Origin: an uncultured Ignavibacteria bacterium | GTDB lineage: Bacteria; Zixibacteria; MSB-5A5; UBA10806; 4484-95 | Direction: 5' to 3' | Assembly (NCBI GenBank): GCA_964614835.1 | Contig: CAZTNJ010000003.1 | Coordinates: 1-42,503 of the forward strand | DNA: 42,503 nt | Shown here: positions 9,258 through 19,045 of the stretch, piece after piece | How positions within the stretch are numbered: position 1 is the stretch's first letter | Layout of the letters: every line of letters begins with the position of its first letter | Program-made: the position numbers and the translations under genes | Notes under the pieces: model-generated | What the model was told of the DNA's origin: nothing | Databases searched by the model: none | What the model saw: only the letters and a program-made list of their open reading frames with translations

Positions 9258-10412
9258 ATGAAAAAGATAGTTTTCTTGTTACTAATTCTGGCGGCCTTCG
9301 TTGGCTGTGCCAAACGCGAAAACCCGGTTGAGTCGACGCCGAGTGAGTTGGGAATATTATGGACCGCCCACTTGGATTCTATTGTTAGCCTTGATTCCTG
9401 CATAATTCCTCAAGTAACCGGGCGCGATTTTTATTACTATACGCCGCCGGGAGATTTGCCCGCAGGCGAAACTTGGCCGGTGCTGTATCTATTGCATGGC
9501 TATGGCGGAGACTATAAGTATTTCCCCGTTCTTTTCGACATCAAAAACCTCCTCGATGAGATGATTACATCGGGAGAAATTTCGCCCATGTTCGTCATTC
9601 TTCCGGATGCTGACAATACTTTCGGAGGAAGTTTTTATGTCAATTCGCCGGTTGATTCCGCCGTGATGCAGTCATTTTCGGGCAAGTACGAAGATTACAT
9701 TATTAACGACATAATGGGGTATGTCAACGCCCACCTGCCGGTGGATCCCACGGCTGATGGTCAGGGTATTTCCGGCCACTCAATGGGTGGCTATGGCGCT
9801 TATAGAATTGCCATGGACTATCCGATGCTGTTTAATTCCGTTTCTGCCATGTCAGCTCCAGTGTCGTTCAGAGGACTATTGCCGCTGATTCCATCGGTAT
9901 ACGCGGAGAATGGCTTCACCCCTGGCGATACCGCCGGATTTTATGCTATCGCACCATCTCGCGGGAAAAGATTAACATCCATGATGTTCGCGATGGCCGC
10001 CGCGTTCTCACCCCACTCTGTAATAGATCCCGACACGGCGCTATTCCACCGTTTGGTAAATACTGCCGGTTTCGTAGGCGTCGATCTACCATTTGCGATT
10101 GATGGGACATTGGATACTACTGCGGCCCCCTGGACCACAAAGTGGTTGGCTAATGATATCACTACCCGGTTCGCGATGGGCGGGAGCGCTGCGTTACAGG
10201 ATAAGGCGTTATATCTCGATTGCGGCGATTCCGATGATTTATATCTGCATTACCAAAATCGCGCGTTTTATCAATTACTGACAAGCGCGGGGTTAAATGC
10301 CCGCTACACCGAATACGCCGGCTATACTGGAAATCCTGCCGGGCATGTTAATTACGTTAACGACCGGCTAAGGGAAGTCCTCAAATTCCACGATGCGGCA
10401 TTCCATCAATAG
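9258..10412 (+). CDS. Lipoprotein alpha/beta-hydrolase (esterase D / putative esterase family)
   Basis: Lipobox LAAFVGC. Also YLLHGYGGD and the nucleophile elbow GHSMGGYGA. GGAGG lies 6 nt before the ATG. Starts 15 nt after the FadL-like gene. Confidence 0.85.
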   Translation: MKKIVFLLLILAAFVGCAKRENPVESTPSELGILWTAHLDSIVSLDSCIIPQVTGRDFYYYTPPGDLPAGETWPVLYLLHGYGGDYKYFPVLFDIKNLLDEMITSGEISPMFVILPDADNTFGGSFYVNSPVDSAVMQSFSGKYEDYIINDIMGYVNAHLPVDPTADGQGISGHSMGGYGAYRIAMDYPMLFNSVSAMSAPVSFRGLLPLIPSVYAENGFTPGDTAGFYAIAPSRGKRLTSMMFAMAAAFSPHSVIDPDTALFHRLVNTAGFVGVDLPFAIDGTLDTTAAPWTTKWLANDITTRFAMGGSAALQDKALYLDCGDSDDLYLHYQNRAFYQLLTSAGLNARYTEYAGYTGNPAGHVNYVNDRLREVLKFHDAAFHQ

Positions 10413-10432
10413 TAATTCGTGAATAAATAATC

Positions 10433-10466
10433 AAAGCCGGGTTCATCATTGAATCCGGCTTTTTTA
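10433..10466. terminator. Strong intrinsic terminator between convergent esterase and pyrE genes
   Basis: AAAGCCGGGTTCA-tcat-TGAATCCGGCTTT, a 13-bp stem including one G-U pair, followed by TTTTATTT. Confidence 0.65.
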
Positions 10467-10467
10467 T

Positions 10468-11007
10468 TTATAGTCCTAATTCGTCTTTGGTGAATATCGG
10501 ATCGAATGGATATCCCCGGGCGGCGAAATTTTCGGATGCGCCCTGTTTCCGATCGACTAACGAAATTATCTTTGCGATTGTGCAACCAAGCGGCTTCACG
10601 GCCTCGATAGCTTTAAGCGCCGAACTCCCGGTAGTGGTAACGTCCTCGATTATCAGCACCCTGGCGCCATCCCGCACCGGCCCCTCGATAAGATTGCGAG
10701 TGCCGTGCCCCTTGGGCTCTTTGCGGACAATAAATCCATCCAGGTGCATTCCGCGCTGATGGGCTAGCGCTATAACCGCGCCAATTATTGGATCGGCGCC
10801 AAGGGTCAGGCCGCCCACCGCTTCGATGTTTTGTCCTTGAATCTTATCCAAAATGAGTTCGGCCATAAGCGCCAATCCTTCGGAATCCAGAGCCAGATAT
10901 TTCCCATTGATATAATAACTCGATTTTTGGCCGGAGGCTAAAATGAACTCCCCTCTCTTGACCGCTTTTTCCAAAAATAACGCCAACAGTCTTTCTCGTT
11001 TATTCAT
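10468..11007 (-). CDS. pyrE: Orotate phosphoribosyltransferase
   Basis: GEFILASGQKSSYYINGK and the PRPP-binding loop VLIIEDVTTTGSS. ATG at 11007 is preferred to the TTG at 11016. Confidence 0.92.
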   Translation of the reverse strand: MNKRERLLALFLEKAVKRGEFILASGQKSSYYINGKYLALDSEGLALMAELILDKIQGQNIEAVGGLTLGADPIIGAVIALAHQRGMHLDGFIVRKEPKGHGTRNLIEGPVRDGARVLIIEDVTTTGSSALKAIEAVKPLGCTIAKIISLVDRKQGASENFAARGYPFDPIFTKDELGL

Positions 11008-11329
11008 CCAAACCAACTTTCATGAAATTCCATTAATTATCAGGTCCTTAAACTTTTACATCAACATCAGCGCCATTAAAACACATTTACACTCTACTGG
11101 CAATTAAATTTAATCTATGCTTACTCGTATAATCATATGGTTGTTATAAGTCAATAATTATAAGCACGATACGGCCAACATAACATTAATAATGATTTAT
11201 GTAATATGCTGGTCTAATGGCTCGAGCCAATCGGCCGGTTTCAAACTGCAACAACCCCGTCTAACAACTTAATATCCATTATGATACGATACTAAAAAAT
11301 TGACCAATCACCGCCGAATTCGAATAAAT

Positions 11330-13147
11330 ATGCGTCGGAGTTTAAAAATTTTGTCTATTGCCGCCGTAGTTTTGGTTGCCAGCATATTAGCCTATGGTCA
11401 GGGCTGGATGGCAGAAACGATAGTCAATACCGTCACCCATGGCAAACAAGCAAGCCGGGGTACAGATACGCCCTGGTCTTTGGCAATTGACAATGATGGC
11501 GGAGTTCATGTTGTCTGGGAAGATAGGCGAGCTGAAAATGTATTATCAATATACTATCGCGGCAAACCCCCTTCGCCGACCTGGGACAGTTGGGACGTCC
11601 AGGATATAAATATCTCCCCGATAGATTCTGTTAATTTAATCGGTCATCCCTCGATAGGAGCCCTTGAGAATGGCTCATTGATTTCGGTATTCGCTGAAGA
11701 GCGAATATTTGGCGGTGAACTTCTGGGTACGGTTTTGCCGATAGGTCTTTCATGTTGGTTGCCGCCGCAGTATATTTCGGTTCCCGGGGGTAATTCACTT
11801 AGTTTTAATTCGACCGGCTGGCAGACGACTATTGCCACCAACGGACATCGAGCCCTTACATTTTGGCCTTATATAGGTAACGAATTGGACGATTTTCGGC
11901 CGATATTTTTTCGAAAGTTTGACGATGGCGGGTGGCAGGGCGCCGAAATCCCGCTATCGCTTCCCGATGTCGGACTTCGTTATTACGCCAAAAACCTATC
12001 GGCAGTCTGGGCCAGACAGGACACCATCTATTTAGTATTTGCCTGTATGCCGGAAAACCGCTCTATCTATCAAATCGATTTTGTTAAGATTAATTTTAAC
12101 GATGATTACATTTCAGATTTTCAAGTTATCGCCATAGATTCGCTTATCAGCCAGGAGTTCCCTTACATATGCCGCCAGCTTGATAAAAACGGCCTTGAAA
12201 ATATTTATATTGCATATGATAATCATGGCTTAAACGAATCGGCCAAAATGATACATCTTTCGGAAGCATCAGGAATCTGGTCTTCCTCGATTACGCTTGG
12301 AGATACGCTAATATCCAGCGGATATCCCTGTGTTGCCGCCAATCCTTCCGGAGCGATTGAGCTTGCTTTCGAACAACCCGGTAACGAGCCTAACAGCCAA
12401 ATATATCATCAAACCTTTTATCCGGAATCGAATACTCTTGGCGCGCCGGTTAGGATATCCGAAGGGGAGTATTTTTCAAAACGGCCGGTTATTGCCTGTG
12501 ATAAATTTGGCAATACTCATATTATCTATATCAGTAATAGGGTCCATCCCTGGGATCCCGGAAACGAGGAAGTATTTTATCGGATGTTTGACGCGCCGCC
12601 GCTCTGTCCGGCCAATGTGACAGTCAGAGAGGATACAATTCGCTGGGAGTACAATGATCCGCCCGATTTGCGTTATTTCCAAATATTTGCGATTATCAAT
12701 AACGATACGGCACTTATCGGTGGCACTCTCAATCATTTTTTCCGGCACAACCTGGGGACTAATACCTTGATAGGCGTTCGGGCGGTGGATATAAACTGGC
12801 AATCATCCCCCGTGGCAATGGCCGATCTAATTAGCGGTGTTATTGACGAATCTGAAAAATTTCTCGGTAATTACGAAATCGGGCCCAATTACCCCAATCC
12901 GTTTAATTCTTATACTTCGATCTCGTTGGTGGGAAATCCAATCGAAAGCGGCGAGGATAATCTTGAGATATTTGATATTCTTGGCCGAGTTGTTAAATCG
13001 ATTAAAATTTCCACATCGTGTAATAGCGTCATTTGGGATGGTACCAATCAAGAAGAGATACCGGTAGTTTCAGGAGTATATTTTTACAGGCTACACAATC
13101 GGCTGGGATTGGGAAGCCCTATCCACAAGATGATTTTAATCAGGTAA
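11330..13147 (+). CDS. T9SS-sorted secreted protein with repeated beta-propeller-like blades (function unknown)
   Basis: Signal peptide MRRSLKILSIAAVVLVASILAYG. Recurrent blade-like segments (GGVHVVWEDRR, DTIYLVFACM, ENIYIAYDNHG, GNTHIIYISNR). C-terminal T9SS sorting domain NYPNPFNSYTSISL..LEIFDILGRVVKSI..VIWDGTN..VSGVYFYRL. Confidence 0.85.
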   Translation: MRRSLKILSIAAVVLVASILAYGQGWMAETIVNTVTHGKQASRGTDTPWSLAIDNDGGVHVVWEDRRAENVLSIYYRGKPPSPTWDSWDVQDINISPIDSVNLIGHPSIGALENGSLISVFAEERIFGGELLGTVLPIGLSCWLPPQYISVPGGNSLSFNSTGWQTTIATNGHRALTFWPYIGNELDDFRPIFFRKFDDGGWQGAEIPLSLPDVGLRYYAKNLSAVWARQDTIYLVFACMPENRSIYQIDFVKINFNDDYISDFQVIAIDSLISQEFPYICRQLDKNGLENIYIAYDNHGLNESAKMIHLSEASGIWSSSITLGDTLISSGYPCVAANPSGAIELAFEQPGNEPNSQIYHQTFYPESNTLGAPVRISEGEYFSKRPVIACDKFGNTHIIYISNRVHPWDPGNEEVFYRMFDAPPLCPANVTVREDTIRWEYNDPPDLRYFQIFAIINNDTALIGGTLNHFFRHNLGTNTLIGVRAVDINWQSSPVAMADLISGVIDESEKFLGNYEIGPNYPNPFNSYTSISLVGNPIESGEDNLEIFDILGRVVKSIKISTSCNSVIWDGTNQEEIPVVSGVYFYRLHNRLGLGSPIHKMILIR

Positions 13148-13267
13148 GTTTTAATAATGTTTCGGACCCCCAGACACGAAAGAATTTATGTTACATGGAG
13201 TTGCGTATGTTATTATTTTTGAAACGATTACTCAAACAACCCATTTTCTAAGCCGATTATATATTAT

Positions 13268-14263
13268 ATGAGAAGCAATGAATTCATTGAAATCGACCTT
13301 GAATTGTTGCGAATCGATACAATTCTGGGATTTGATCTGTATCTTGCCGGTCCAAACGGGTATATCCTCTATCGAAGCCGCAATGTTCCTTTTAATGAAC
13401 GCGTGCGCCAGAATTTAATCAGCCACGGGGTTAAATCGCTATTCATGCCGGGAAGCGACATGAATAAATTCGCTTCTTATATAGAAAATAATCTGTCGAA
13501 TATCGTGACCGACCCGAAAATTAAAACCGAAATAAAATGCCAAATTCTTTATGATACAAGTATCAATATCGCCAAAGATTTACTGGTCGATCCAGGGTCG
13601 CTCACTGCGGTTAAGCGCTCGACAAAAATCGTGGAAAATATGGTAGATTTGTACCTGAAAGATGAAGGTGGAATCAAAAAGATTATCGAATTGATGCCGG
13701 AAGATTATCAGCTTTACACTCACAGTACAAATGTGTCAATCTTGAGCGTGGCCTTGGGAAAATCCCTTGGGATATTGAATAAAAACGAATTGTATGAACT
13801 CGGTTTGGGCGCGCTTCTTCACGATATCGGTAAAAGCAAAGTTCCTCGACAAATCCTGACCAAACCCGGACCGCTATCTCCCGATGAATTCAACGAAGTG
13901 AAACAGCATGTTCGCTATGGTTGCTATATGGTGGAAAACAACCCTGTCGTTCCCCGGCCCGCGATACAGGCTATTAAAGGCCACCATGAAAGATTGTCCG
14001 GTAAGGGATATCCGGATGGCAACAGCGCCGGCGATATTCCTTTATATGGCATGATTACCGGCGTGGCCGACTCATTCGACGCGATGACATCCAATAGGGT
14101 ATATCAGAAGGCAATGACATCATTTAAAGCAATGGATATTCTTCTATCGGAAACACAACATTACGATAGAAAAATCGTGATGGAGATGTTAAATCTTTTG
14201 GGGCCGGACAAAATAAAAAAGCCACCGGCCATGGCGTCTTCCGAAATAAAATTGATTATATAG
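13268..14263 (+). CDS. HD-GYP domain protein (putative c-di-GMP phosphodiesterase)
   Basis: LLHDIGKSKVP...VKQHVRYG...GHHERLSGKGYPDG...ADSFDAMTSNRVYQ. Confidence 0.9.
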   Translation: MRSNEFIEIDLELLRIDTILGFDLYLAGPNGYILYRSRNVPFNERVRQNLISHGVKSLFMPGSDMNKFASYIENNLSNIVTDPKIKTEIKCQILYDTSINIAKDLLVDPGSLTAVKRSTKIVENMVDLYLKDEGGIKKIIELMPEDYQLYTHSTNVSILSVALGKSLGILNKNELYELGLGALLHDIGKSKVPRQILTKPGPLSPDEFNEVKQHVRYGCYMVENNPVVPRPAIQAIKGHHERLSGKGYPDGNSAGDIPLYGMITGVADSFDAMTSNRVYQKAMTSFKAMDILLSETQHYDRKIVMEMLNLLGPDKIKKPPAMASSEIKLII

Positions 14264-14317
14264 CTTGCTGATTCAGAAATAGATATTTTCTTAATCGCTT
14301 AATAATTAGATCAATAT

Positions 14318-15190
14318 TTATTTTTGCGGCGATTTTATCCAAGGGGGTAAATACTGTTTATCGATGTAACTCGTTACCGACACTACCCAATATTTCTTTA
14401 CACCGGTTATTTGTTGCTGGTTGGGATTTGCGCCCGATAGCAGTGCCACATTTTTATTAAACAGATGCCAGATGTTATTATTGGGGTCTATAAAGCGGTA
14501 AAATGTGTTTTGCCTGGTCTCTGAAATAGCGCTTTCTTGTTGTTTCGACGAATCAACTTTATAGACATCGGAGCGGGTCATTTCAAAAACTGATTTTGTA
14601 TAACTATCCAGCGGGGCGACCTCAAGCTTCAAAATTTTTCTGGCTTTGTCTAGAACGGTCGTGACCGAATCGCATTCGATATTAATATAAACACAGACGA
14701 ATTTATCAAACCAGCCCGAAACGAATATCAAGCTACTATCTATTGTGAACTTACCGAAAAATTCCCGGCGTGATGAATCGGGATAGGAAACCTGGCGAGT
14801 ATAAGGCCCCATGGGGACTAATGAATCGCCAAAGATTAAATACGTTTCAAATAGATCTGCCGGACGTTCACAAATATATTCCGGTTTTAAAAATATCTTT
14901 AAGTAATCCGCGAATTTTTCTACGTCGGTGTTCGTTTTGTCAATCATCAAGCAATGTTCGAGACCGGGCTCTTGATAATAATCGCCGGGAGCAATTTTTG
15001 AATCCTGGCGGGCAAGGCAAATTTGGGCGGCTTGCCGGGGAAGACCGAAATACTCAAGATAGTCGCATCTAATTTCAGGCGAATAGATATAACTCCATTT
15101 CTGGCACTGTCCCCAGGCTATCGATATACCGCAAAACAGCCAAAAGGCCGTGAGCATAAATTTCGAATTTGCCAAGTTTTGCCTTTTCAT
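14318..15190 (-). CDS. Secreted hypothetical protein (290 aa)
   Basis: Long ORF with signal peptide MLTAFWLFCGISIAWGQ. No motif recognised. Confidence 0.7.
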   Translation of the reverse strand: MKRQNLANSKFMLTAFWLFCGISIAWGQCQKWSYIYSPEIRCDYLEYFGLPRQAAQICLARQDSKIAPGDYYQEPGLEHCLMIDKTNTDVEKFADYLKIFLKPEYICERPADLFETYLIFGDSLVPMGPYTRQVSYPDSSRREFFGKFTIDSSLIFVSGWFDKFVCVYINIECDSVTTVLDKARKILKLEVAPLDSYTKSVFEMTRSDVYKVDSSKQQESAISETRQNTFYRFIDPNNNIWHLFNKNVALLSGANPNQQQITGVKKYWVVSVTSYIDKQYLPPWIKSPQK

Positions 15191-15380
15191 GTTTTGGTTT
15201 CCCCGATATGTATTGTTGTGATAATATTCTTATTAAGTCAAAAGATATTATTGCCAACCATGACAACAAAGGCAACGCCTCAAGGGGGGAAACCATTGGC
15301 TCCCGACGTGTGTTATTTAGCTTGCGGAGAACCTGAAATGAACATAAAATTAATAGTATTAATAACTACAGGGAGTAAGA

Positions 15381-16004
15381 ATGAAAAGATCGGGAAAGCT
15401 TCTTAAAGGGCTATCAATCATACTAGTTTTCGGGTTGTCGATTATCGGATGTTCATCCAAAGAGAAAAGCGCAGCGCAAAAAGATACCGCCCAATCCAAA
15501 CCGGCGGTTTTGCGGAATTCGGTTGGGGGTATCACTTGGGTAGTGCCCCAGAGCTGGCGGGCCGGGCAAGCCGGGGTAATGCGGGCCGCTACTTACATAA
15601 TCGATCCCGTATCGAGCGATAAAGACAGCGCCGAATGCGGCGTTTATTTCTTCGATGGGGGACAGGGTGGAACAATTCAAGGGAATATCGATCGCTGGAT
15701 AAGCCAGATGGAGCAACCGGATGGGACACCCTCCGCCGATAAAGCAAAGATCGAAAATTTTCAGGTTAATGAACTTAAGGTTACAACTATCGAGTTAACC
15801 GGCACTTATTTAAGCGCGGCCGGCCCGATGATGCAGGTAAAAGAGAAAAAGCCGGGCTACCGCCTGAAAGGAGCCATTGTCGAAGGGCCCAATGGATCGG
15901 TCTTTTTCAAGATTACCGGACCCGACAAAACGGTCATGGCGGCGGCGATGAATTTCATGGCGATGTTGAAATCGTGCAGAATAAATAAAGAATTGACTTC
16001 ATAA
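15381..16004 (+). CDS. Hypothetical lipoprotein (207 aa)
   Basis: Lipobox LSIIGCSS. Protein-like composition. Hairpins lie downstream. Confidence 0.75.
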   Translation: MKRSGKLLKGLSIILVFGLSIIGCSSKEKSAAQKDTAQSKPAVLRNSVGGITWVVPQSWRAGQAGVMRAATYIIDPVSSDKDSAECGVYFFDGGQGGTIQGNIDRWISQMEQPDGTPSADKAKIENFQVNELKVTTIELTGTYLSAAGPMMQVKEKKPGYRLKGAIVEGPNGSVFFKITGPDKTVMAAAMNFMAMLKSCRINKELTS

Positions 16005-16014
16005 AATAGTTAAA

Positions 16015-16069
16015 GGCAAGAGCCCCGCAACTCTTGCCCTCGTGGTGTCGAGAGTGGGGAACTCTCGAC
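16015..16069 (+). terminator. Two tandem GC-rich hairpins after the lipoprotein gene
   Basis: GGCAAGAG-ccccgcaa-CTCTTGCC (16015-16038) and GTCGAGAGT-gggga-ACTCTCGAC (16047-16069). There is no clear T-run. Confidence 0.4.
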
Positions 16070-16141
16070 ATAAGATGATACAATCTTCTGCGGGAATTAT
16101 TCCTTTTTTGTTGACCAATTAATTATAAGTTTCGTTATTAA

Positions 16142-16169
16142 AAAAGGCGACCTCGAAAGATCGCCTTTT
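16142..16169. terminator. Intrinsic terminator after the MBL-dockerin gene
   Basis: AAAAGGCGA-cctcgaaaga-TCGCCTTTT with flanking A and T runs, 24 nt past the stop at 16193. Confidence 0.6.
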
Positions 16170-16192
16170 AAAATAGATATGTATGGTTTGAA

Positions 16193-17965
16193 TTATCTGG
16201 ATCGGTTGGTGTCTTTCGGGCCTGGCTTCAACATCGGCGGCGGAAACAGATAACAATAATCTATCCAGGATATCCCTTTAAAATACGAAATAAGCCGGGT
16301 AATATCGGATCCCCTGTATTCGCAATCTCCATTAACATCGCCTGCAACATATAGATAACCATTGCCGGGAAGACTACTATCGCTGCAGGAGTCCGGCGGC
16401 GGTAATCCGATACCCTTAAAATAGCGGACCCCATAGATAGCATCCCCGCCTATAAGTACTCCATCGCCATTCATATCGCCGGGTATGTATGTGCAGGGAG
16501 ACGGGCCCGCCGTGCCGCGCGGGGAATTAGACAGCGCCGATATATTCAAATTTTTATCGGTAGCTTTAAGGGCGAAATAATATCCGTTTCCATAGGTCAA
16601 ACCAGATACAAGCAATGTCTCGGCCGAACCTCCCGTTTTCGGTGCGTTTTCATTGGTCAATTGCGTGGCGGCATTCCACCGAGCGGTAGTATTAATCGCG
16701 CCGGAGGCCTCCGGGCAATATCTGATATCATAATATGCGTTCTGTCCGGATGCGCCATCATCGCCGGGGGCAGTCCAAATCAGTCTTATCTGATTCAATC
16801 CCGGTCCGCCAACACAGCGAAGATCGGTTACGGTGCCTGGCAGTACATGATCGGACGTGTCCTCATCCATCGGAAAGTATCGGGGTAGGCCAATTGCCGC
16901 TCGCTCATCGGGCCCCCCATGCAAGCGGCCGCTACCCGATACTAAAAATAATTGCTGGCCATTGGTTTTTATAACGATATCGCCGACACAGTAGCCGTTA
17001 TAGCTTCTATAAGTATTAGGCGTTCCTGTTCCCTCTTCTGTTTGAAGCACAATTGACGGGGGCGCCGTTACGCAAGCCGGAGTCCCGCTTAGGAAAACAT
17101 TGTCAATTACATCGATACGCGGGAAATCCCAGCCCGCCGCCTGACCCGTACCGACATTTACACAGGCGATGCGCGGTGTCAGATAATTCGCCCAATCGTG
17201 ATTACCTGAGCCTTCGCTGCCGTGATGGCCGATATGGGCGACTTCGACGCCTATCGTCGCACTCAGCAAATTTGCACCTGTGGGCGAGCAGAGCGACTGT
17301 ACTATAGGGGTTTCCACATTGGCGTAGTTGGTAGCGGTATGACGGCCGGTGCACCACTCGTCATCATCGCCGCCGCCAAGGTCAGAGCTATAAATATAAG
17401 CAAATTTACCATATTTAATCAGCATAACAACGCTCTTATCGTTCTCTTCAGATACGGACACTGAACCACCGCCAAGTATATTCCCATGTACCGCGACACA
17501 GGTGGCGGTGGCGCCATTTCCAAGCTGAATTACTGTACCCAGTGGCATTGGCTGGGCAGGTCCCGCCGTAGTTGTTGCAGCTGCATTAAAAAAAGCGGTG
17601 ACATATGAATTTGACTTCGTGCTACCATTGTAATAGACCCTGTTGGTCACGTCATAACCGGCATAAATAACTTCATCGAAACCGGCAAAATGATCCGTAT
17701 CTAAATGACAAGCAATTATATATGATATAGCATCGCTGGTCGTAATTCCAATTGATTGAAGATATGGAATTATATCGCTTGTGCCATCGCCGTTATCCCC
17801 GCCATCCATCAAGATAATTGTGCCATTAGGACCTATAACCATGGCGCTTCCAGCGGTTTGCACATTGATATAATGAATTTCCAGCAAACCCGAAGGGGTA
17901 AATCCATAGGCAACCGAACCAACCCAAATAATCAGGATTGCTACTGCCTGTATGAATTTAGCCAT
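16193..17965 (-). CDS. Secreted metallo-beta-lactamase-fold protein with FN3-like domain and C-terminal dockerin-type repeats
   Basis: Signal peptide. MBL motif IIACHLDTDHFAG after ILMDGGDNG. FN3-like segment PGTVTDLRCVGG..IRLIWTAPGDDG. Two dockerin/EF-hand-like repeats, GDMNGDGVLIGGDAIYGVRYFKG and GDVNGDCEYRGSDITRLISYFKG. Confidence 0.85.
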   Translation of the reverse strand: MAKFIQAVAILIIWVGSVAYGFTPSGLLEIHYINVQTAGSAMVIGPNGTIILMDGGDNGDGTSDIIPYLQSIGITTSDAISYIIACHLDTDHFAGFDEVIYAGYDVTNRVYYNGSTKSNSYVTAFFNAAATTTAGPAQPMPLGTVIQLGNGATATCVAVHGNILGGGSVSVSEENDKSVVMLIKYGKFAYIYSSDLGGGDDDEWCTGRHTATNYANVETPIVQSLCSPTGANLLSATIGVEVAHIGHHGSEGSGNHDWANYLTPRIACVNVGTGQAAGWDFPRIDVIDNVFLSGTPACVTAPPSIVLQTEEGTGTPNTYRSYNGYCVGDIVIKTNGQQLFLVSGSGRLHGGPDERAAIGLPRYFPMDEDTSDHVLPGTVTDLRCVGGPGLNQIRLIWTAPGDDGASGQNAYYDIRYCPEASGAINTTARWNAATQLTNENAPKTGGSAETLLVSGLTYGNGYYFALKATDKNLNISALSNSPRGTAGPSPCTYIPGDMNGDGVLIGGDAIYGVRYFKGIGLPPPDSCSDSSLPGNGYLYVAGDVNGDCEYRGSDITRLISYFKGISWIDYCYLFPPPMLKPGPKDTNRSR

Positions 17966-18110
17966 ATCAACCTCGCTTTTCTATAGATCCCAAGCCATTA
18001 CCCACAGGCTCCGAAGAACCGCTCAATAATATAATATATTTTTAAAAATTGTAAAGTAAAGTATCTTACAATCAAATCGTGGGTTATTTAGCATCGTTTG
18101 ATTGGTTTGA

Positions 18111-18935
18111 TTATTGGCCGATAAACGGTCCGAACATAAAATTAGTCAACAGGTTATCAAGTTTGTCGGCAGTTTTTTTCAAATTACAGTAATGGCGAAA
18201 TGTGTTTCCAAAACCAGCCCCTTTTACACGTGGCTGTTCGGGATCGAATTCCCAGGGGTGAAGGTATACTATCACCGGCCTATTCTCGGCGTTTACCTTT
18301 CGGATATTTCGCCTGATAAAAAAATCAGGATATAAACGAAAATAACCGCCTCCCCCCGCCGGGATTCGTCTGCCCAGAAAAACAACCACTGTCATGGGAT
18401 ATTCTTTTATGATGGCCTTGCCATTTTCAACAATATCAAATGGCGCGAGTGGAACAGAAACGGCATCGCCATAGCGAAAATGCTTCATGGGGAAGAGCGA
18501 TGAATCGTAGGTTATTCCGAAATCGGCCAATATCTGGAACTTCTCGATATCCTTGGCCGAAAGCGAAAAGCTTGGAGCACGGAAGCCCTTAACTTTTATT
18601 CCCGTTATTCCCTCAATGATATCCAGCGATTTTTTAACATCAACAGCGAATTCATCTGGTGTCATATCATATATCAGTTTGTGTTCGTAGCCGTGGCTGG
18701 CGATTTCATGTTTGGCGGCGCTGATTTTTTTGAGCATTGATTGATGCCGTTCAGCAATCCATCCTAAAATAAAAAAAGTAGCCTTAACTTGATGCCGGTC
18801 AAGGATTGCTAAAATCGTATCGGTATTTTTCTCAACCCTCGATAAGTGCCTATCCCAATCTTTTCGGTTGATAGCCGCCGCAAGACCAGAGACCTGAAAA
18901 TGCTCTTCGATGTCAAAACTAAGAATATTTCTCAT
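18111..18935 (-). CDS. Polysaccharide deacetylase (NodB fold plus DUF3473), PEP-CTERM/XrtA-locus-type subfamily
   Basis: NILSFDIEEHFQVS, VKATFFILGWIAERH, HEIASHGYEH (metal His motif), GFRAPSFS, PAGGGGYFRLYP, YLHPWEFDPEQPR, FRHYCNL. Confidence 0.9.
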   Translation of the reverse strand: MRNILSFDIEEHFQVSGLAAAINRKDWDRHLSRVEKNTDTILAILDRHQVKATFFILGWIAERHQSMLKKISAAKHEIASHGYEHKLIYDMTPDEFAVDVKKSLDIIEGITGIKVKGFRAPSFSLSAKDIEKFQILADFGITYDSSLFPMKHFRYGDAVSVPLAPFDIVENGKAIIKEYPMTVVVFLGRRIPAGGGGYFRLYPDFFIRRNIRKVNAENRPVIVYLHPWEFDPEQPRVKGAGFGNTFRHYCNLKKTADKLDNLLTNFMFGPFIGQ

Positions 18936-19012
18936 TTTTATTGACTGGCACTTGGCGCCAAGATAATTCGATGTGTGTCGTTTCTTGGCGTAATCAATTT
19001 GGAAATTCGCAT

Positions 19013-19036
19013 AGGGGCGTAAAGCAATACGCCCCT
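19013..19036 (-). terminator. Hairpin between the NadE-like and deacetylase genes
   Basis: AGGGGCGTA-aagcaa-TACGCCCCT, a 9-bp stem 10 nt after the stop at 19046. There is no T-run, so it may only attenuate. Confidence 0.4.
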
Positions 19037-19045
19037 ACCGTGATA

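Noticed and set aside
18946-18961. TGGCAC motif and 10-bp palindrome TTGGCGCCAA just upstream of the deacetylase gene, considered as a possible sigma-54 -24/-12 promoter.
   Set aside because: The GG-to-GC spacing is not the required 10 nt on either strand, and the TGGCAC lies on the strand opposite the gene. The palindrome may be an operator, but there is nothing to support that.
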